The position numbers were made by a program, and so were the translations under genes. From a virus (taxonomy: Duplodnaviria > Caudoviricetes), in the IMG/VR virus record IMGVR_UViG_3300007177_000042: DNA of 64,000 nt; one strand, given 5' to 3'. Position 1 is the stretch's first letter. Every line of letters begins with the position of its first letter. Shown here one piece after another: positions 8,896 through 18,987 of the stretch. The notes beneath the pieces are model-generated. The model searched no databases. It was not told the origin of the DNA and was given only the letters and a program-made list of their open reading frames with translations.

Positions 8896-10006
8896 TTTTT
8901 GAATTGTTTGATCTGTAACTTATTCCATGCATTCCGTCCATCTCTGTCTCACCAAAAGCAGCCCGCCGATGATCTGAATATACCTTACGACCTCTGTAAG
9001 CTTTGTATTTCCATAGTTTTTTAGCAACTGGACAAAGCGAATCAGTAGTACATCCACAGTTAATTTTCATACGATATTTCCACTAAACATTAAATGTTGT
9101 TGTTTAGGTTTGCGTTTTGTAGGCTTTTTTGGTTGCGGAGGCGTTGGTGCAGTCAGTGTGTAGCAATGTTCCGAATCTTCGGTGGGAACAGGTCCACAAC
9201 CGCATCCACATGCGAATCCATGATAAGATCGGATTGGACGATTTTCTCGTTTGGCTTGTGCAAACATAAGCGATTCAATCCAACGATATTCTCTCATTTG
9301 CTTTTGAGAAAAGAAATACCGTCCTTTCGGTGAAGAACGTCTCGGCTTGTTATCGTAGTCAATTTTCATATCAATCAATATGTTCCCGAGTTGCTAAAAT
9401 CTTTTTTACTCTATTTTTATAACCAGTTAGATGTGCTATTTCAGGAACTATGACTCTTTCAAATTCCTCTTTTCCCAAAATCCAACTATTGCATAAATTA
9501 CAACATATGCCATAAGACATTTTTCGTCGTCGCACTTTATGTTCAATTGCTCTAATTGAGTTTAGAACCCCAAGCAATCTATTTGTATTGAGTTTTTGTA
9601 ACTCATTAACGGTCAAGAATTTGAGAAACGGCTTTGATTTCAAAGGTTTTTGTTTCATATACCCACTTTACCACGACTTTATCAAAAGTCAACTGGTTTC
9701 TTTCAACCGATTTTCTTTCAAAAGCTGCCAGTAATGTTCATAACTGGTACTGTTTTCAAATACTGCCAAATCTTTTTGATATCTTGCAATTTCTTCTTTA
9801 TACGCAGCAACTCGTTCTTGTCTAACAGTTTCAAATAAACGAGAACGTGTTACGACGTATTCTTTTTCATCCCAATAATGGTCGGTATATGTATCTTTAA
9901 ACGTCACATCATTGTCTGTATGAGACACATAGTTTTTATTTTCTGTATCTATGAACCGTTCATGCACAGATCCAGTATATCCAATTTCATAGTATGTTAT
10001 CTTCAT
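8885..10006 (-). CDS. run of four small hypothetical genes (8885-9070, 9067-9370, 9371-9658, 9689-10006)
   Basis: abutting or overlapping ORFs on the main strand. Confidence 0.55.
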
Positions 10007-10029
10007 AGATATGATCGTTTATAGAAAAT

Positions 10030-10285
10030 TGTTGAGAGGGCAGACTTTCGTCGGTTTAACTATTCTGCTCTCGCATCCTCTCATTGCGACACGTATTTCA
10101 GTGTGAGCCGTCTTGCAACAGTTACGTTGCTTGCTGTTCGTAGAGACCGTTTAACGCCTTAGCAACGTTCAGAACTATCAAAACCCTTTTCATTCTTACT
10201 TGTTTCTTTCCCACTCTCACCATGGTCTTACAAGGCAACGGATTTTACGGCTACTATCGGTTAACTACACCGAACGAGTGTTCGA
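10030..10285 (-). ncRNA. candidate structured RNA, family not recognised
   Basis: largest gap in the region, with nested complementary segments, hairpins and a possible pseudoknot; strand inferred from neighbours. Confidence 0.5.
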
Positions 10286-10289
10286 AATT

Positions 10290-11952
10290 TTATCCAATGC
10301 GTAGTGCTGCTACTGCATTCTTTTTGGGGTCTTCTTTATAGATGTTTTCAACATCCTCATGTCTACCATAATACCATGCTGTATGATAGTCAAGAACAAT
10401 GTTGATGTTTTCGAACGTGTCTACATCATTGTATCCACCTTCATACCCAGATACCACCACTGGCAAATCAGGTGGGTAATTCTTTAATGATTCAATTAGT
10501 TGTGCTACAGTCATGGGTTTTCGAGTGAGTCTTTCTTAAGTGTATATACGTGAATAGCATCTTCAAGACGTTCAAGTTGTGTCTTCAACCTATCCAACTC
10601 AATTTCTTTCTCCATAATTTGATTTTGGAAAAAGGGAATATCATTGCTAAGAAGTTTAATTTTGACTCTTAACAGTTCTTTTTCTTTTTCTAGCTTATCA
10701 TCCGACCATTTTCCAGTTGTATCCATAATTTATCCTTTTCAAAAATGGTTTTGAAGTTCGGAAGTGCTAATTCGGGTCACTTCATACTTTTCGTTGGTAT
10801 TGAACTCACAAAATTCGTTGAAAGTCGAATTGGACTCATCGACGTTATAATATTCGTGATTCCATTTCTTGAACTTCGACACAAGATCTTCCTTCTTTGG
10901 AAAGATGGCATAAAACGTGTCGGTTTCAGTATGCATTTTAGCAATCTTTCCATTTCGGTTAATTGCCACCCAAACGTATTTTTCGGTAGTGTTCTTCATA
11001 TGGTTAGTCTACTTGGTTTTTCAAAAAAGTCAATCTGTTTTTTTGCTCAACGTACCAATCAATTTGTTAATTGCGTCATCTTTGCTTGTGGCACTACAAT
11101 TCATTCCACCCATTCTGTATGTATACGTATATTTTCCATCGTACATTGGTTCGTGTGGACCATATACGTATCCTACGAGTTCATTGTCGGCAATTATTTG
11201 TATTGTGTGTGCATTTTGATATTGTTTTGCACAATTGTCACTGCTGTTAAATGTGTCTTTCATTTGAATACACATCAATCGTTTTCATAATATTCATTCG
11301 TCGCTTTTTGATTCAGCTTCACTCCATTTCTCAAATTTCTCACCCAACCGATCTAAAAGTTCGTGCAAATACTTTATTGACGATTCTTGCCATGGTTTAT
11401 AACATACATGCAAAAATCTATCCATTTCGTCTGGATCGAATGTTATAGAAATACTGCCCGTTTTATTTTTGTTGATTTTCATAAATCTTTACTTGGAGGA
11501 TTCATCATCGGTTGAACCGAAATGATTTCTTTTGCTGATATTTCTGGAAATACTTTATTGACTAGCGGCATCATTATTTTTGAGAACGGAGGATTCTTTT
11601 TCCAATGCCTATCCAACTTGTCACGCTGCTTTTTGGTTGCGGGCCTGTATGTATCCCATAGAATGGATTTACCATCCTTGGCGACTGTTCCCCAACCTTT
11701 TAGAAAATCGTGAATACGTTGATTTGCATGAGTGGACGATACACTAAAAGTGTTGCTGCCAATATGCTCACGATATCTACGATGTCTTTTCATATTTCTT
11801 TGGAAGACGTGCTACCTGACCAGTTTCAAGAAACCTTTTTGCGGATCTCCCGGTGAACCATCTCTGTTTAGATTGTCGGTCCTATTTGCACATGCAAAGT
11901 CAAACATTTGTTCGGCAACCATATCCAACTGATCTTGTGTGTATTGGGTCAT
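10290..11952 (-). CDS. run of small hypothetical genes (10290-10514, 10511-10726, 10739-10999, 11030-11278, 11294-11482, 11479-11793, 11812-11952)
   Basis: ORF track, plus a 46-aa ORF read manually (11952-11812, TAG stop). Confidence 0.55.
11006..11033 (-). promoter_or_regulatory. promoter TTGACT-16-TAGACT, 6 nt before ATG 10999
   Basis: read from sequence; -35 contains TGA 11030-11032. Confidence 0.7.
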
Positions 11953-11955
11953 ATA

Positions 11956-12213
11956 TTATTGACTAGTGTATAGTTTTATTTTTTCGTGTTTATTTAACTG
12001 TTTGATACGATATTCTTCTTTTAAAGCATCGCTTTTGGTCCCGATAAATTGAGTATACACCAATAGTACGGGTCTTCTGGTTTTAGTGTATTTGGCTCCT
12101 GTTCCGTTGTTGTGTTTGTTGATTCTGACAGTTACATCGTTTGAAATTCCAGTATAGTGTGTTCCATCTTTACACAAAACAATATAAACACTATAGTTGT
12201 CTTTTGTTTTCAT
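11956..12213 (-). CDS. GIY-YIG nuclease (small YhbQ/UPF0213-like)
   Basis: YSVYIVLCKDGTHYTGIS..R...HN.G.GAKYT..RRP...A.KEE. Confidence 0.85.
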   Translation of the reverse strand: MKTKDNYSVYIVLCKDGTHYTGISNDVTVRINKHNNGTGAKYTKTRRPVLLVYTQFIGTKSDALKEEYRIKQLNKHEKIKLYTSQ

Positions 12214-12387
12214 TTCTGTATGAACCAATCTGGTACGTCCATGTTGCTGAATCCACTGTTGATAAGCCAAAAAAAGTCTTCCTCAAAACTGTATAGAAAG
12301 TTCATTTGAGTGAAATGATTGGTCGATCTTATAACAGTACGTCCATTGAATTGTCTGGGTACCCCACGAAATTCAACTTGAGGATAT

Positions 12388-13367
12388 TTAATCCTTATTT
12401 GTTCTGGAACGTGAATATTCACTGTTGTAGTACAATTCTACGGCTTTGTTTAAAAGTTTTACCACTTCATGTTTATAAATGTATCCTGCTGCATACTCTT
12501 CATATGAAGGTTCCGTATAAACCCATGCGGAACCATCCCATAAAGCACTTTCGGTTTTTGCAATACGAACACTCCATGAACTCCAGCGTGAACGAAAATA
12601 GTAAAACTCCCCAGTTGGCAAATTACCTTCGGCTTGAACAGGACAATAGCCATAAGGTTGTACTTTGTAGGTATTACGAAACTTAAGGTAAAACCAATCC
12701 AATATTTTGTTCCACTGTCTCAAAAAGTAATAGTATACGGATATCATATAGTGTAGTTGTCTGATTGTTCAAGATCTTTCCATAATACGGATCCTAAATC
12801 AAGTTTATTATGGTTGGATGGATACCATTCTTTGATATCGTCTAATTCTCCGCCGTATGGAGGAACGTCATGTGTTTTGCAGTGAACATGTCCATTGATT
12901 ATCATCAATTGTGGACTGAATCCACCCTCGGAACGAAAATCACCTGCGCTTGTATGATTTGCACAAGTTTTTCTGTACAAACAATGCGTTTCCAAACAAT
13001 TTACTACCTGATATTTTTCTTTTGGATCCGTAATTATTCTCATATCGTACTAATAGGTATTGAATACAACCTCGAGCGAATTGAAATTGATAGTAGATGG
13101 ATCTACGTTTAGATCAATGCCACTATCAACTGTAAACGTCTTCAAGTCCTTCTTGATTTCTGTGGAAGGCCCGCCCTCACAACTACAACCGGAAGAATAA
13201 CACCAAGTGACATTACCATTCTTATCAACACCATAACCCTCATAAGTGTGATGTCCATACCCCCAATCTTCATTCTTAATTTCCTTGAAGATGACGACGG
13301 TGACATCATCAAACTTGCTCTTTGGAAGACTGTCCCAGTTGTTTAAGATGTAGTTTACAATATTCAT
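12388..13367 (-). CDS. three hypothetical genes (12388-12747, 12744-13043, 13050-13367)
   Basis: ORF track; the last start is placed 7 nt after a promoter -10. Confidence 0.6.
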
Positions 13368-13374
13368 TGTTGTT

Positions 13375-13403
13375 ATCTTACTGAAAAAACACGTTGATGT
13401 CAA
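13375..13403 (-). promoter_or_regulatory. promoter TTGACA-17-TAAGAT
   Basis: read from sequence; immediately follows a terminator. Confidence 0.75.
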
Positions 13404-13430
13404 CAAAAAACCCCCTCCGAAGAGGGGGTT
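13404..13430 (-). terminator. intrinsic terminator
   Basis: AACCCCCTC/GAGGGGGTT stem, 4-nt loop, T-run. Confidence 0.85.
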
Positions 13431-13433
13431 GAT

Positions 13434-14168
13434 TTATTTCTTGTTTTTCCTACTTCTGTCCGTGTCCTTATCCTTGTCCTTATCCTTGTCCTTATCCTTG
13501 TCCTTATCCTTGTCACAGTCTTTGTCCTTATCCTTGTCACAGTCTGGACAATTATATTCGGTAACATAGGTATAAACAGTCCACACATCCAATCCGGCTG
13601 TTGTTCTTACGAAGCCGGCAAAAGAACCACTATAAAAATACATGATCGCTCTTGCTGAATTCGAATTTGTGGCAGACCATACTTTGTATCCAACAACATC
13701 AACTAGCTGTGGGTTAAATTTGAATACTTCAACCACAATGTTAGTTGCTCTGCCGCCACTAGGTCCAGAAAAATCGGTCACTCCGTCATACGCATCCAAA
13801 AACAAAAAGTTTGTACGATTTAGATACTGTGTTTGATTTCCAAAACTAAGAGTTGTATTGTTTGTTACACCGATTACACCAATAAAGTCCGGACTATCCA
13901 CTGGTCTTCCAGACCAACCAGATCGATTTTCAGCTCCAAACGAGTTTGTGATGTTCATTTTTACATACACATCCACGTTAATAAGATTGCCAATTGCCGG
14001 ATTAAATTGAGGCACATACAGTACGTTGGTACTATCTGTGTACCAAGATTCTACATCTTGGTGATCGTAGTATGTAATTGAATTGGTTGACTTTACCGTT
14101 GCAGAAATCAAGTTTGTAACGGTTACAAACATAAACACAATAGACAATACAATATTTCTAATATTCAC
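13434..14168 (-). CDS. secreted choice-of-anchor-E-like domain protein with (DK)n tail
   Basis: N-terminal signal peptide; VPQFNPAIGNL..V...FGAEN; C-terminal CPDCDKDKDK... Confidence 0.55.
   Translation of the reverse strand: MNIRNIVLSIVFMFVTVTNLISATVKSTNSITYYDHQDVESWYTDSTNVLYVPQFNPAIGNLINVDVYVKMNITNSFGAENRSGWSGRPVDSPDFIGVIGVTNNTTLSFGNQTQYLNRTNFLFLDAYDGVTDFSGPSGGRATNIVVEVFKFNPQLVDVVGYKVWSATNSNSARAIMYFYSGSFAGFVRTTAGLDVWTVYTYVTEYNCPDCDKDKDKDCDKDKDKDKDKDKDKDKDTDRSRKNKK
13464..13544. repeat. 12-bp coding tandem repeat (GTCCTTATCCTT)n encoding DKDK
   Basis: read from sequence. Confidence 0.9.
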
Positions 14169-14210
14169 TTTTTTCCTTTGTTGATTTTATATTTAAACGA
14201 TATTTGTTGA

Positions 14211-14669
14211 TTATGGGGTGTATCGACAAATGTACAAATAAATAGACTTGTTTTCGAAAATATCTTCAATAATAGCATTCACAATATGCCAAGAACCACC
14301 ACCAAGCATACATCCCATATTGTGAGGCAAACTCAAACTCTTGAGACCATGTTGTGAAGCATGTTGTTCGATAGCAGACAAACCATTATAAATTGCTTCA
14401 TAGTTGGTATGTCGAGTGTCTCGTCCATATCGAAACTGACTGTAACAGTTGTAAATGTAGAACTTTTGATCATTGGTTTTTACCCAACTGAACGTTCCAA
14501 GCTTTTTGTAGTCGCCGGGAATGGTTTGACAATCAGCATCATATGCTTCTGGATATTGTTCCCGAATCTGTCGAGCGATACCGCTGCCCATTGTATTGAA
14601 ACAATTTGCCTGATGGATAATACCCTCAGCTCCGCCATCAAAAATGTTACAGTCTTTTCGAATAATCAT
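14211..14669 (-). CDS. macro domain protein (Appr-1''-p processing family)
   Basis: IIHQANCFNTMGSGIARQI, NCYSQ, LPHNMGCMLGGGSW. Confidence 0.9.
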   Translation of the reverse strand: MIIRKDCNIFDGGAEGIIHQANCFNTMGSGIARQIREQYPEAYDADCQTIPGDYKKLGTFSWVKTNDQKFYIYNCYSQFRYGRDTRHTNYEAIYNGLSAIEQHASQHGLKSLSLPHNMGCMLGGGSWHIVNAIIEDIFENKSIYLYICRYTP

Positions 14670-14674
14670 ACTTG

Positions 14675-15898
14675 TTATGTTGATTGCAATTCACCACGAA
14701 TGTGTTCCAAATATTCTGATGGAACAATTTCGCTATATTTGGGAGACAACATCAAGTTCCCAGCGTCTTTAGCATCCTGATGATATCCCATAAGATACGC
14801 TGATCTTCTATAAAAGTCAAGAGCTTTCCAACCGGAATCGGCGTATGCGTCAGTTTCAATCCAAACCACACGTTTATCGGGAAATGGATTGTTGTTTTTT
14901 ACTGCCACAGAAGAATACAGATAAGCATTTGGCACATCATTGCGTCTGTTTAGATAATGATGGCATAATTTCATTAATGATTCGTTTCGATCTTTGTCAA
15001 AATAGAATGCTTGTTTCCAATATTCCACTGCTTTATCGTATTCTTTGACAGCCTCGCACATATTGCCCATCAAATACAAAGCGTAATATGTGAATTCATC
15101 CTTGTTGGGTACAGCATGAAGATTAGCGTTTGGGTATTCTGGAACAATACGTTTAATGTATCTGGAGAAAAAGAAACATGCTCTGTTCACAATTTCTTTT
15201 GAGAATTCCAAATCATATTTGAGTGCGTCTTCCCAACCCAATCCATCGTGATATGATTTGCCAACATAAAATAGATGGTATGCGTCTGTAAAGTTTTGTT
15301 TTACAACTACTTGTTGTTCTAATTCAAGACCATCCAAAAAGAATTTATCTGGATTGACCCATGTGTTACCACCACCAACCAAAACGTGTCTGAATGACCT
15401 TGGCAGATTGCCGCACGAATATGGTGCGTTGTCTTTCATATGAATTGTTTCATGACGACGATCATCAGCGAAATACCAAGGCAAATCTGCCTTCCACAGC
15501 CACATTCGATAATAGTCAATACCACCTGATCTTGCTATGACGTTCCATGCGTCTTTACTACGAATCACGTCCCAGTCAAAATCAGTATCTACTTGAAAAA
15601 TTTCATCAGCGTCTACTCTTAAAATATACTCACATCCATGTTGTGCGCTCATACATGTTTGTAGTGCATGATTTCTGTTGTATCCAAAATACTTCCATGG
15701 TTCGTGATATAAAAAGCCTGGAATTCCTTTTCGTTCAAAAAAGTTTCGGATGATATCTGGTGTACCATCAGTTGATCCATTATCTTGTATCACCCAATAG
15801 TCAATATATTTGTAAACCGATTCGAGCATTCGTTCAATGACGGATGCCTCATTTTTTACCATGCTGTTTAGTACAATTTTTATATTTCTCTCACTCAT
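14675..15898 (-). CDS. GT2-like glycosyltransferase with TPR-like C-terminus
   Basis: MVKNEASVIERML, DNGSTDGT, RNHAL, DADE; helical repeats. Confidence 0.85.
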   Translation of the reverse strand: MSERNIKIVLNSMVKNEASVIERMLESVYKYIDYWVIQDNGSTDGTPDIIRNFFERKGIPGFLYHEPWKYFGYNRNHALQTCMSAQHGCEYILRVDADEIFQVDTDFDWDVIRSKDAWNVIARSGGIDYYRMWLWKADLPWYFADDRRHETIHMKDNAPYSCGNLPRSFRHVLVGGGNTWVNPDKFFLDGLELEQQVVVKQNFTDAYHLFYVGKSYHDGLGWEDALKYDLEFSKEIVNRACFFFSRYIKRIVPEYPNANLHAVPNKDEFTYYALYLMGNMCEAVKEYDKAVEYWKQAFYFDKDRNESLMKLCHHYLNRRNDVPNAYLYSSVAVKNNNPFPDKRVVWIETDAYADSGWKALDFYRRSAYLMGYHQDAKDAGNLMLSPKYSEIVPSEYLEHIRGELQST

Positions 15899-15901
15899 AT
15901 T

Positions 15902-17269
15902 TTATGGTTTAAATTCTAGATTAACTTGATTTTCTTTATCACCGAATTGCATATTTTTTCTGCCAAGATAAACATCTTGAAGACTATCTGATTTGTCTTT
16001 TTCGTATATCCAATCAGTTCTTCCTAGTTCTTCAAATCGTTGTTTTATTTGTTCTCGATAATTGTTTTGGATGTATCTTACATGACGAAATATATCGCCG
16101 TGATATTTGGCTCCCAATCCACCATTGCTTACTTTTGTATTGTCGTTGTAGGTGTACTGAATGTAACAAAAATGATTGAGATGTACCATACGAGTATTGA
16201 GAAACGTTCGTATCATTAATTCATAATCGTCAGCACAGTTCAAATATCGATTGTGACCTCCGATTTTCATATATACGTCTTTTTTCCAACTTTTTGGATG
16301 GTTGTACATACTCCATAGTCTACGAATAGTAGCTGGATTGACGTTGGGTGCTCTAACTACAACCATCTGACGGTCCAAAAACGGGTGTTGTGTATAATAA
16401 TTGTGTCCGTATCCCCATGCAAATCCTTCCCCATAATGCATTTCTTCAAATGTATCACGGTTCATCTCTATCCAATCACCATATACAAATCCACAGTCTG
16501 GGAATTTTTTGTGTGTCAACAAAATTTTTTCCAAAGCATCAATTGTAAAACCATCATCGTGATCCAATTCAACAATATAGTTTGAACTACAATTGGTTGC
16601 TGCATTAAATTTGTTGAATCCGATACGAGAATATCGTGATTGATTATGATTCTTATTGATTATGATTCTGTGATCCAATTTGGCAAGTTCTTTTACAACT
16701 TCCCATGTATAATTGTCACTTGAATCATCATAAATCGACCATTCCCAGTTTTTATGTGTTTGGTTCTTCAAGGAATCATATGCAACCCATAATCTATCTT
16801 TGGTGTTACATGCAGCCGTGTACACTGAAATTTTGTCTTTGGACGAATTGTTGTTTATGCTGTTATGAATATATCTATCAAAAAATTCATCGGACCAGTA
16901 CGTTACACCATATAGTTCCCATTCTTCTTTTGATAAAACATAAATTCTAGATCCTAATGTATTAATGCACGACTTTACATTAGGATAATCGTTGAGAGAC
17001 CCAATAACTACAACCAAATCGGGTTCCCAATTGTGGAATATGTTTTGAAAATTATCATCATTGGTGTATGTAACGCTATCAAATTCACGATGTTCAAATT
17101 CGTGATGTGGAGGAAATCTTAATCGTTCATATACCAGTGAACTTACTTTGAGTGACACTGGTTTTTCCAATCCATAGATAACAACTTTTACTATTTTTAG
17201 AGACATATTAGTATTCTGTATTGAAGAAAAATACTTGGAACAATCTACATGTTTCAAGTGTGCGACCAA
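15902..17269 (-). CDS. GT2 family glycosyltransferase
   Basis: SVYTAACN, WEWSIYDDSSD, ELDHDD, DDYEL..R. Confidence 0.85.
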   Translation of the reverse strand: MVAHLKHVDCSKYFSSIQNTNMSLKIVKVVIYGLEKPVSLKVSSLVYERLRFPPHHEFEHREFDSVTYTNDDNFQNIFHNWEPDLVVVIGSLNDYPNVKSCINTLGSRIYVLSKEEWELYGVTYWSDEFFDRYIHNSINNNSSKDKISVYTAACNTKDRLWVAYDSLKNQTHKNWEWSIYDDSSDNYTWEVVKELAKLDHRIIINKNHNQSRYSRIGFNKFNAATNCSSNYIVELDHDDGFTIDALEKILLTHKKFPDCGFVYGDWIEMNRDTFEEMHYGEGFAWGYGHNYYTQHPFLDRQMVVVRAPNVNPATIRRLWSMYNHPKSWKKDVYMKIGGHNRYLNCADDYELMIRTFLNTRMVHLNHFCYIQYTYNDNTKVSNGGLGAKYHGDIFRHVRYIQNNYREQIKQRFEELGRTDWIYEKDKSDSLQDVYLGRKNMQFGDKENQVNLEFKP

Positions 17270-17774
17270 AATAATCCAAACTTATATGATATGCGTTGCT
17301 TCTGAACAATAACAATCGATTGAATCTATTGCCAATACGATCTACCAATTCCCACTTGGTAACATCACTGCCATCTTCCTCAATACGGCGTGCCAAATCC
17401 GAATCGTCCGGTCTATGTATCAATTTTGTTTCTTTGTGCATGAAGATTCCCGTTCCTCCTGATAATGGTGCATCAGGAGTCAAATAGCAAACGCCTGCCC
17501 AATTGTTCCAATGATCAGAATGAACCCATGATTTTTCCCACGCGTATGTTGTTTGGAAAGATCCGTTGTATCCATCGGTAGGAAATTCAGTAATATTTCC
17601 AGCGGTGCTTTTAACAATATTTTGAATGGTTCCTTTGATAGAATCATTTATCATTGGACCAGTTCTAGCGCCAGGATAATTACCACGAACTTTGAATTCT
17701 TGAGACAGTGCATATTGCCTGACCTCCATTGGGTTATTGTAAAAGTCGTCTACTATAATAACACTAGTTTTCAT
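17208..17774 (-). CDS. 2OG-Fe(II) oxygenase-like protein (DUF6445-like)
   Basis: IIVDDFYNNP, NYPGART, WVHSD, GGT, NRLLLF...H...RL.QVFF. Confidence 0.75.
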   Translation of the reverse strand: MKTSVIIVDDFYNNPMEVRQYALSQEFKVRGNYPGARTGPMINDSIKGTIQNIVKSTAGNITEFPTDGYNGSFQTTYAWEKSWVHSDHWNNWAGVCYLTPDAPLSGGTGIFMHKETKLIHRPDDSDLARRIEEDGSDVTKWELVDRIGNRFNRLLLFRSNAYHISLDYFGRTLETCRLFQVFFFNTEY

Positions 17775-18262
17775 AGAGTATAAGTATATGTATCACCGCT
17801 ATCAAAAGTTTTTGTAATGTTGTCAACACTTGTTGAAAGTTGGACATTTGCAATTGATGAATTTGTGATGATAGATGACGCCTCTCGGATCAAGTCACTT
17901 ACATCATAAGCGTTTGTAGCTACCCACCCACGTTTAATCAACATGTTTACAATCTGTTCTGCTGCATAATTTGAGTTGTTCATAGTTTATTTAAGATCGA
18001 AAATCATTTTTGTAAGGTTTTTCATTATAGAACCAATAGCATCATTTTTGCCTTGTTCACGGCCAGCGGAATATGATTGTTCCACGATTAGTTTGTATAA
18101 TTTATCAAAAGTGGTGACCTTGTTGTCTATATTCAACACAATTGATACGGAACCCGGATAATCATATGCAATTCGTTGATTATCACCTAATAGTGGTCGG
18201 GCAACAAAGCCTATATCAGTTAGAAATTTATGGCTTTCGTGATGATGTAATTGAGATATCAT
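17771..18262 (-). CDS. two small hypothetical genes (17771-17983, 17987-18262)
   Basis: ORF track; second start placed 7 nt after a promoter. Confidence 0.5.
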
Positions 18263-18269
18263 AACCAAC

Positions 18270-18298
18270 AATATATACTGTTCAATATCACTATTCAA
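18270..18298 (-). promoter_or_regulatory. promoter TTGAAT-17-TATATT
   Basis: read from sequence, just after a terminator. Confidence 0.55.
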
Positions 18299-18302
18299 AT
18301 GC

Positions 18303-18336
18303 AAAAAAATCCCCCACAAATTATTATAAGTGGGGG
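18303..18336 (-). terminator. intrinsic terminator
   Basis: CCCCCAC/GTGGGGG stem plus T-run. Confidence 0.75.
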
Positions 18337-18342
18337 TGTTGT

Positions 18343-18987
18343 TTACAGATTCTTTACGTGATGATCAACTTGTCGGATCTTCTTTTGATTCATAATCCGA
18401 ATTACTTCGTCAAACAAAAGAGGACGGGCATGTCCATCCCATCCACAATCCAACGTTAAGCCGTTATGCGACTCAATGCGTGTGTCTGGATAGCTATAAT
18501 GACTGTGACCACACAACATGTATGCACCGTCTTTCATGTTTTCCCATACGCTGATAGGAAAATGATTGAACACTACGTACTTACCTTGAATCACACATTC
18601 ATAGTGATATCCAAGAATGTTAAGGTTACGATATCTGAGCGGATACACATCAATATTAGGTCCATACCATTCTGCAACTAAACGGTCATAAACCTTGCGA
18701 ATCGGATTAGGATGATTACCCCAGATCAAATGAATGTTCTGACAAGTAATTTGATTCAAATATGACTCAAATCGTTCCTCGTTTGTATTCAAACAAAAAT
18801 CACCGAGATAAAACAAGTTGTCATCCGGACCAACAAGTTCATTCACTTTGGCAATAACGGCTCGGTCATGTTCCTCGACGGAACTATAACCACGCTTAGC
18901 CCAAATGAAATCTTTTCGATGTCCCAAATGCCAATCACTTGAAACAAAATTCTTCACGCTACTGTCGTTGTAAACTTTCACTTTCAT
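18343..18987 (-). CDS. calcineurin-like metallophosphoesterase
   Basis: SDWHLGH, LGDF, GNH, HFP, GHSH. Confidence 0.88.
   Translation of the reverse strand: MKVKVYNDSSVKNFVSSDWHLGHRKDFIWAKRGYSSVEEHDRAVIAKVNELVGPDDNLFYLGDFCLNTNEERFESYLNQITCQNIHLIWGNHPNPIRKVYDRLVAEWYGPNIDVYPLRYRNLNILGYHYECVIQGKYVVFNHFPISVWENMKDGAYMLCGHSHYSYPDTRIESHNGLTLDCGWDGHARPLLFDEVIRIMNQKKIRQVDHHVKNL

Noticed and set aside
10030-10070. tmRNA-like resume region (AATAGTTAAACCGACGAAA resembles the E. coli tag start)
   Set aside because: No tRNA-like domain or CCA end, the frame is off by one with a TAA, and there is no ALAA-type tag
10090-10250. Group I or group II intron, or cobalamin riboswitch
   Set aside because: Only 5-6-nt resemblances; flanking genes are complete, with no split exon or core consensus
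11956-12213. Homing endonuclease marking an intron or mobile element
   Set aside because: Too short, YhbQ-like, no DNA-binding extension and no interrupted host gene
13464-13544. Non-coding repeat or array
   Set aside because: In-frame coding repeat for the DK tail
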